Of a stretch of 64,000 nt of DNA, positions 59,011 to 64,000 are shown in pieces. Both the position numbers and the translations under genes were made by a program. Source of the DNA: Candidatus Latescibacterota bacterium (GTDB lineage Bacteria; Latescibacterota; UBA2968; UBA8231); the NCBI GenBank assembly GCA_965203355.1, contig OZ241889.1:544001-608000 (forward strand), written 5' to 3'. The notes beneath the pieces are model-generated. The model searched no databases. It saw only the letters and a program-made list of their open reading frames with translations, and had not been told where the DNA came from. The first letter of the stretch is position 1. Every line of letters begins with the position of its first letter.

Positions 59011-59946
59011 ATGAACGCTGCGGCGCGCTCGGCCCCCATTCGCGCCGACCTCCTGCTCCTGCTCACAGCCCTGATCTGGGGCTTTGCCTTCGTCGCCCAA
59101 CGCGCCGGCATGGAACACGTCGGGCCTTTCTTCTTCAATGGCGTCCGCTTTGCCCTCGGCTGCTTGCCGCTGTTGCCGTTTGTCCTGCGCGCCTCTGCCA
59201 CGCCGCTTGCCGCGCGCCTCGGCCACGCCCTCCCCGGCGGCCTGCTCGCCGGGCTTTTTCTTTTCGTCGGATCGTCCCTGCAACAGGTCGGCATCGTCTA
59301 TACCACGGCCGGCAAGGCCGGATTCATCACCGGGCTATACGTAACGCTGGTGCCGATTCTCGGCTGGGTGCTAAAGTATCGCAGTCGCCGAAGCACTTGG
59401 ACCGGCGCGCTGGTGGCAACCGGCGGCCTGTACCTGCTGAGCGTGGAGCCGCCCCTAACCATTGCCCGCGGCGACGCGCTCGTGCTCGCCAGCGCGTTCT
59501 TTTGGGCGGGGCACGTGCTGGTCATCGGCCGCCTCTCGCGGCAACTCGATTGGGCGATACTGGCTTTTCTGCAATTCCTCGTCTGCGCGACGCTCAGTAT
59601 GGCCGTCGCCCTGGGCACCGAACACCTCGCCCTGCAACCGCTCGCCGATGCGGCCCTACCCGTGTTTTACGGCGGTGTGCTGTCGGTGGGCGTGGCGTAC
59701 ACCTTGCAGGTAGTGGCTCAGCGGCAGGCGGCTCCCGGCCACGCGGCCATCCTCCTGAGTCTGGAGACGGTTTTCGCCGCGCTGGGGGGATGGCTTTTGC
59801 TCGACGAGGCAATGCCCTTGCGCGGGCTGATCGGCTGTGGGCTGATGTTCGCGGGGATGCTGATCTCGCAGGGGAGATGGCGGCGGCGGGGAGGCTCTGG
59901 GCGAGTGCATGACAATATACGATGCGACCGGATTGCCGCCGGGTGA
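59011..59946 (+). CDS. DMT/EamA family transporter
   Basis: About 10 TM helices; IWGFAFVAQ, TTAGKAGFITGLY, LSLETVFA. Confidence 0.92.
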   Translation: MNAAARSAPIRADLLLLLTALIWGFAFVAQRAGMEHVGPFFFNGVRFALGCLPLLPFVLRASATPLAARLGHALPGGLLAGLFLFVGSSLQQVGIVYTTAGKAGFITGLYVTLVPILGWVLKYRSRRSTWTGALVATGGLYLLSVEPPLTIARGDALVLASAFFWAGHVLVIGRLSRQLDWAILAFLQFLVCATLSMAVALGTEHLALQPLADAALPVFYGGVLSVGVAYTLQVVAQRQAAPGHAAILLSLETVFAALGGWLLLDEAMPLRGLIGCGLMFAGMLISQGRWRRRGGSGRVHDNIRCDRIAAG

Positions 59947-60024
59947 TCGCTTGCCCCTCCAACTCCCTTCGCCTACCTTCCCTCTCAAATCGCTACTACC
60001 GCCCCTTGTCGAGAGACCAATATC

Positions 60025-61218
60025 ATGGCCGAGCGCCCCAAAATCGCCGGTATCGTCACCGAATACCGCAAGTACTCCCACGCCCAGCACATCTGCGACC
60101 GCTTCCTCGAAGGCTACGGCTGGAACAGCCGACATCACTACCCGCCCATGGATCTGGTCTCGCTGTACGTGGACCAGCGGCCCGAAGGCGATCTGAGCCA
60201 AGAGCGGGCGGCCCGTTTTCCCCATATGGCGATCCATCCCACCGTCGCCGACGCCCTGACGCTGGGCGGCGCAGACTTGGCTGTGGATGGCGTCCTGCTC
60301 ATTGGCGAGCACGGCAGCTACGACCGCAACGAAAAGGGCCAGCACCTCTACCCGCGCTACGAGCTTTTCAAACAGATCGTCTCGGTCTATCGCACGACCG
60401 GCCAGCGCGCGCCCGTGTTCAACGACAAACATCTCTCTTGGAACTGGGACTGGTGCCAAGAGATGTACGATCTATCGCAAGAACTCGGCTTCGCCTTTAT
60501 GGCCGGCTCTTCGCTGCCGGTCACTTGGCGCACCCCCTCGCTCGACATGCCCCTTGGCGCCGAGGTCGAAGAAGCGGTCTGCGTCTGCTATGGCGGCGTC
60601 GATAGCTACGACTTCCACGGCTTGGAGACCTTGCAGTGCATGGTCGAGCGCAGAAAGAGCGGCGAGACCGGCGTTAAATGGCTTCGGGCCTATCGCGACG
60701 ATGCCTTCTGGCAGGCGCACGCCGAGGGCACGTGGTCGCGTGCGCTTTTTGAAGCCTGCCTCTGCCGCAGCCACACGCTCACTCCGGCACGACCTGGGTT
60801 CAACAATCCCTTCCCCACCATCGACGAGCTCAAGCACTTAGTCGAAAGCCCCGTCGCCTATCAGTACGAGCACGCCGATGGCCTCCTCTCGACCATGATA
60901 CTGATGAACGGGCTAGTCCAAGATTTCAACTTCGCCGCTCGGCTCAAAGGCCGGGACGAGCCGCTTTCTACTCAGATGTACTTGCCCATGCCCCCAGCCC
61001 GCACCACGCTGGCCAACTTCTTCAGCCCATTGGTCAACAACATCGAGCAGATGTTCCTGACCGGCAAAGCCACCTATCCGGTCGAACGCACACTGCTCAC
61101 CTCGGGCTTGGTCATCGCCGGTGTCGATAGCCTTCAGCAAGATCAAGCCCAAATAGCAACGCCTCATCTAAACATCGCCTATCAGGCCACCGAAGAATCC
61201 ACTTTCTGGAGGACGTAA
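60025..61218 (+). CDS. Uncharacterised Gfo/Idh/MocA-like Rossmann protein, paralog A
   Basis: VDGVLLIGEHG.Y, VFNDKHLS, AGSSLP, YDFHGLE, PVERTL. Confidence 0.6.
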   Translation: MAERPKIAGIVTEYRKYSHAQHICDRFLEGYGWNSRHHYPPMDLVSLYVDQRPEGDLSQERAARFPHMAIHPTVADALTLGGADLAVDGVLLIGEHGSYDRNEKGQHLYPRYELFKQIVSVYRTTGQRAPVFNDKHLSWNWDWCQEMYDLSQELGFAFMAGSSLPVTWRTPSLDMPLGAEVEEAVCVCYGGVDSYDFHGLETLQCMVERRKSGETGVKWLRAYRDDAFWQAHAEGTWSRALFEACLCRSHTLTPARPGFNNPFPTIDELKHLVESPVAYQYEHADGLLSTMILMNGLVQDFNFAARLKGRDEPLSTQMYLPMPPARTTLANFFSPLVNNIEQMFLTGKATYPVERTLLTSGLVIAGVDSLQQDQAQIATPHLNIAYQATEESTFWRT

Positions 61219-61219
61219 A

Positions 61220-62503
61220 ATGGCCCAGCGCGGAAGACAGCAGTCCCACCCTCGGATGGAAACGACCCGCGAACCCGAACGCCAGACGCCGGGCCAGAGC
61301 GACGCCCTGCCCAGCCCAGACACTCATCCCAAACGCATCGCCGTTATCGCTACCATCTATCGCTATCTCTCGCACGCTCAGCACTTTGCCGACCGCTTCG
61401 CAATCGGCTATCCCTACGGTGGCCGCTGGCATCGCCCCAACGGCAAAATCGTCTCACTCTACGTCGATCAGCAGCCCGAAGGCGACCAAAGCCAAGACCG
61501 AGCACGCGAATTCGGCTTTGCCGTGTACCCCACCATCGCCGAGGCCCTGCGCGGCGGCGGCAGCGAATTGGCTTGCGACGCCGTACTAATCATCGGCGAG
61601 CACGGCGAGTATCCCAGCAACGACAAAGGACAGGTTCTGTACCCGCGCTACGAGTTTTTCAAAGAATGCGTCAAAGTCTTTGAGCAAGACGGCCGCACCG
61701 CGCCCATCTACAACGACAAGCACCTCTCCTACAGCTTTGACAAGGCGCGAGCAATGATCGCCGACAGCCACCGGCTCGGCTTCCCGATTCTCGCCGGTTC
61801 GTCGCTGCCGGTCACTTGGCGGCTGCCCGATGTCGAGCTGCCTTTGGGCTGCCAGATCGAAGAGGCCCTGATGATCGGCGTCGGCGGCTCCGATCCCATG
61901 GATTACCACGCGCTAGAAGCCATGCAGTGCATGATCGAGCGTCGCGCCGGCGGCGAGACCGGCGTCCAATCCGTGCAGTTAATCGAAGGAGACGATGTGT
62001 GGAAGGCAGGTGAGGACGGCCGCTATTCGCTGGAGCTGCTCGAATCCGCCCTCTCGCGCAGCGACTCTCCTCGCGGCAAAACCGACGAGGACGGCCGCAC
62101 CCAAAATCTACTCGGCAACGGCGAGTTGCCCCGGCTCGTCAAAGAGCCGGCCGCGTACTTCATCGAGCACAATGACGGCCTCGAGACGACCCTCCTGATG
62201 CTCAACGGTGCCGTCCGCGACTACTGCTTCGCCTGCAAGATCGCTGGCGAGGACGACCCCATCTCGACCCAATTCCTCTTGCCGCCGACGCCCAATGTCA
62301 CGTACTCGGCCTGCTTGGTAGCCAAGATCTGGGAGATGATCGAGACCGGCCGCGCCCCCTTTCCCGCCGAGCGCACCCTAATCGTCAGCGGCGCACTCGA
62401 AAGCTGCTTGACCTCCAAAGTGGAGGGCCACAAACGGCTCGAAACCCCCCATCTCAAGGTGGAGTACCAAGCGCCAGCCGAATCGCATCACGGCCGCTTC
62501 TGA
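61220..62503 (+). CDS. Uncharacterised Gfo/Idh/MocA-like Rossmann protein, paralog B
   Basis: DAVLIIGEHGEY, IYNDKHLS, AGSSLP, MDYHALE, PAERTL; alignable by eye with the upstream gene over its full length. Confidence 0.6.
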   Translation: MAQRGRQQSHPRMETTREPERQTPGQSDALPSPDTHPKRIAVIATIYRYLSHAQHFADRFAIGYPYGGRWHRPNGKIVSLYVDQQPEGDQSQDRAREFGFAVYPTIAEALRGGGSELACDAVLIIGEHGEYPSNDKGQVLYPRYEFFKECVKVFEQDGRTAPIYNDKHLSYSFDKARAMIADSHRLGFPILAGSSLPVTWRLPDVELPLGCQIEEALMIGVGGSDPMDYHALEAMQCMIERRAGGETGVQSVQLIEGDDVWKAGEDGRYSLELLESALSRSDSPRGKTDEDGRTQNLLGNGELPRLVKEPAAYFIEHNDGLETTLLMLNGAVRDYCFACKIAGEDDPISTQFLLPPTPNVTYSACLVAKIWEMIETGRAPFPAERTLIVSGALESCLTSKVEGHKRLETPHLKVEYQAPAESHHGRF

Positions 62504-62543
62504 CAGACTTTAGAGCAACCTGCAAACGGAAAGGAAACCCCCC

Positions 62544-63563
62544 ATGTCCACCATCCCCACGCGCGCTTTGCGCACCGGCGTTGAGCTAAGCGCACTCGGC
62601 TTTGGCGGCGCTCCTTTAGGCGAGCTTTTCGACCCGGTCAGCGAAACCCAAGCCCAAGACACCCTGCAAGCAGCCTGGGACGCCGGCATCCGCTACTACG
62701 ACACCGCCCCGTTCTACGGCTATGGCAAAAGCGAACACCGCCTCGGCCACTTTCTCCGCCAGCAGAAGCGTAAGGACTTCGCGCTCTCGACCAAGGTCGG
62801 GCGAGTCCTCACAGCTACTCGCGACCTCGATTCTTTTGAAAAGGGCTTCTGGACCGGCGGCTTGCCTTTTGATTTCCGCTTTGACTACGGGTACGACGGC
62901 ATCATGCGCTCGTGGGAGGACAGCTTGCAGCGGCTGAGCCTCAATTCCATTGACCTGCTTCTGATCCACGACCTCGACAGCTTCTTCCACGACAGCGAGC
63001 AGCGCTTCTCTGCCCACCTCAACCACCTAATCACCAGCGGTTGGCGCGCCCTCGACGAACTGCGCGCGCAGGGGCTGATCAAGGCCGTCGGCGCGGGCCT
63101 CAACCGCATGGGGGCCATGCCGCGCCTGCTCGACGCGGCCGACCTCGACTTCTGCATCGTCGCCATGCCTTATACGCTCTTAGATCAAGATTCCCTCGAC
63201 GAAGAATTCCCGCTCTGCGCGGAGCGCGATGTGCGCATCGTCATTGGCGCGGTTTTCGCCTCCGGCATCCTCGCCTCCGGCCCGGTCGCAGGAGCTCGCT
63301 ATGCCTATGACACCGCCTCGCCCGAAATCCTCGAAAAGACCCGCCGTATCCAAGCCGTCTGCCAGCGGCACGGCGTGCCCTTGCCTGCCGCCGCCATGCA
63401 GTTCCCGCTCGGGAACCCCCGCGTCGCGGCGATTATCCCAGGGGCGCAGACACCGGAGCACATCGAGGCCAACGCCCAGTGGTTTCAGCACGAAATACCA
63501 ACGGATCTGTGGGCCGAGCTAAAGGCGGAAGGATTGTTGCGGGAAGACGCGCCAACGCCGTAA
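62544..63563 (+). CDS. Aldo/keto reductase (D-threo-aldose 1-dehydrogenase-like)
   Basis: LGFGGAPLG, GIRYYDTAPFYG.G.SE, STKVGR, FDYGYDG. Confidence 0.88.
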   Translation: MSTIPTRALRTGVELSALGFGGAPLGELFDPVSETQAQDTLQAAWDAGIRYYDTAPFYGYGKSEHRLGHFLRQQKRKDFALSTKVGRVLTATRDLDSFEKGFWTGGLPFDFRFDYGYDGIMRSWEDSLQRLSLNSIDLLLIHDLDSFFHDSEQRFSAHLNHLITSGWRALDELRAQGLIKAVGAGLNRMGAMPRLLDAADLDFCIVAMPYTLLDQDSLDEEFPLCAERDVRIVIGAVFASGILASGPVAGARYAYDTASPEILEKTRRIQAVCQRHGVPLPAAAMQFPLGNPRVAAIIPGAQTPEHIEANAQWFQHEIPTDLWAELKAEGLLREDAPTP

Positions 63564-63599
63564 GCGGTCCCAAGCCGGCGACACGGGCACGACCGAACG

Positions 63600-64000
63600 C
63601 TACCTCGTAAACGTCAGCCCGACTGTTTCGATCTCTTTGAAGGGGGCGAAGTCTGCCTCGTTTTCGGTGATCAGACGATCAATCCCTTCCGCGAGCATGG
63701 TCGCCACGATGTTGCCGTCGTGGATGCGCTTGCCCGTCAGACGATGGGTCTTCACGAGATCCCGAAGACGGCGGGCCACCCGCTCTGACTCCTCGCAGAA
63801 CAGGAAAGGCGGACGGGTAAAAAAATCGACGTTCTTCAATGCGTCTTCCACGGCCAAACCAAGGCCGTTGACTTCGACAGGACGTGTGGCGACCACGAGG
63901 TATTCGCGGGTTATATGACCACTGACGGCCAAAATCGATCGGCCTACTCCTGCCGCTTGCAATAGTTCCCGAGCCTGGGCGTGGTGCTCGCGCGAACGAT
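63600..64000 (-). CDS. PIN/VapC-family toxin, 5' end beyond the window
   Basis: REYLVVATRP, GKRIHDGNIVATM, LITENEADF. Confidence 0.8.
   Translation of the reverse strand, partial: RSREHHAQARELLQAAGVGRSILAVSGHITREYLVVATRPVEVNGLGLAVEDALKNVDFFTRPPFLFCEESERVARRLRDLVKTHRLTGKRIHDGNIVATMLAEGIDRLITENEADFAPFKEIETVGLTFTR

Overview
A GC-rich bacterial chromosomal window. The many phytanoyl-CoA-dioxygenase (PhyH) paralogs, sugar/uronate catabolic enzymes and a sulfatase resemble Latescibacterota/Poribacteria-type genomes, but that assignment is inference only. The backbone is housekeeping and carbohydrate metabolism: floA, tRNA-Leu(CAA), a diadenylate cyclase-YbbR fusion, an rpoZ-like gene, topB, tag, comM, an EndoQ-UvrD fusion, rmlA, two intact uxuA, hemF and psd. 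It is punctuated by small, integrase-free defence/TA islets: (1) an EcoRV-like R-M pair that truncates a gene; (2) a ~3.5 kb islet bracketed by a duplication of the comM 3' end, in which a low-GC MTase + Eco47II-family REase cassette appears to have replaced the middle of a large type IIG-like gene; (3) an uncharacterised two-gene module resembling an ADP-ribosyltransferase-fold toxin plus antitoxin; (4) XRE-ImmA + DUF4411; (5) DUF433/DUF5615 followed by a fused type IIG/ISP-like R-M gene; (6) a PIN toxin at the right edge. Also seen: a 127-bp MITE, two decayed attC-like sites, several internally deleted pseudogenes, two PhyH homologs with a halogenase-like HxG iron motif, and an apparent CTAG excess with CCWGG deficit. 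No CRISPR array, rRNA, integrase or transposase was found. All family calls come from motif recognition by eye; no database searches were run.
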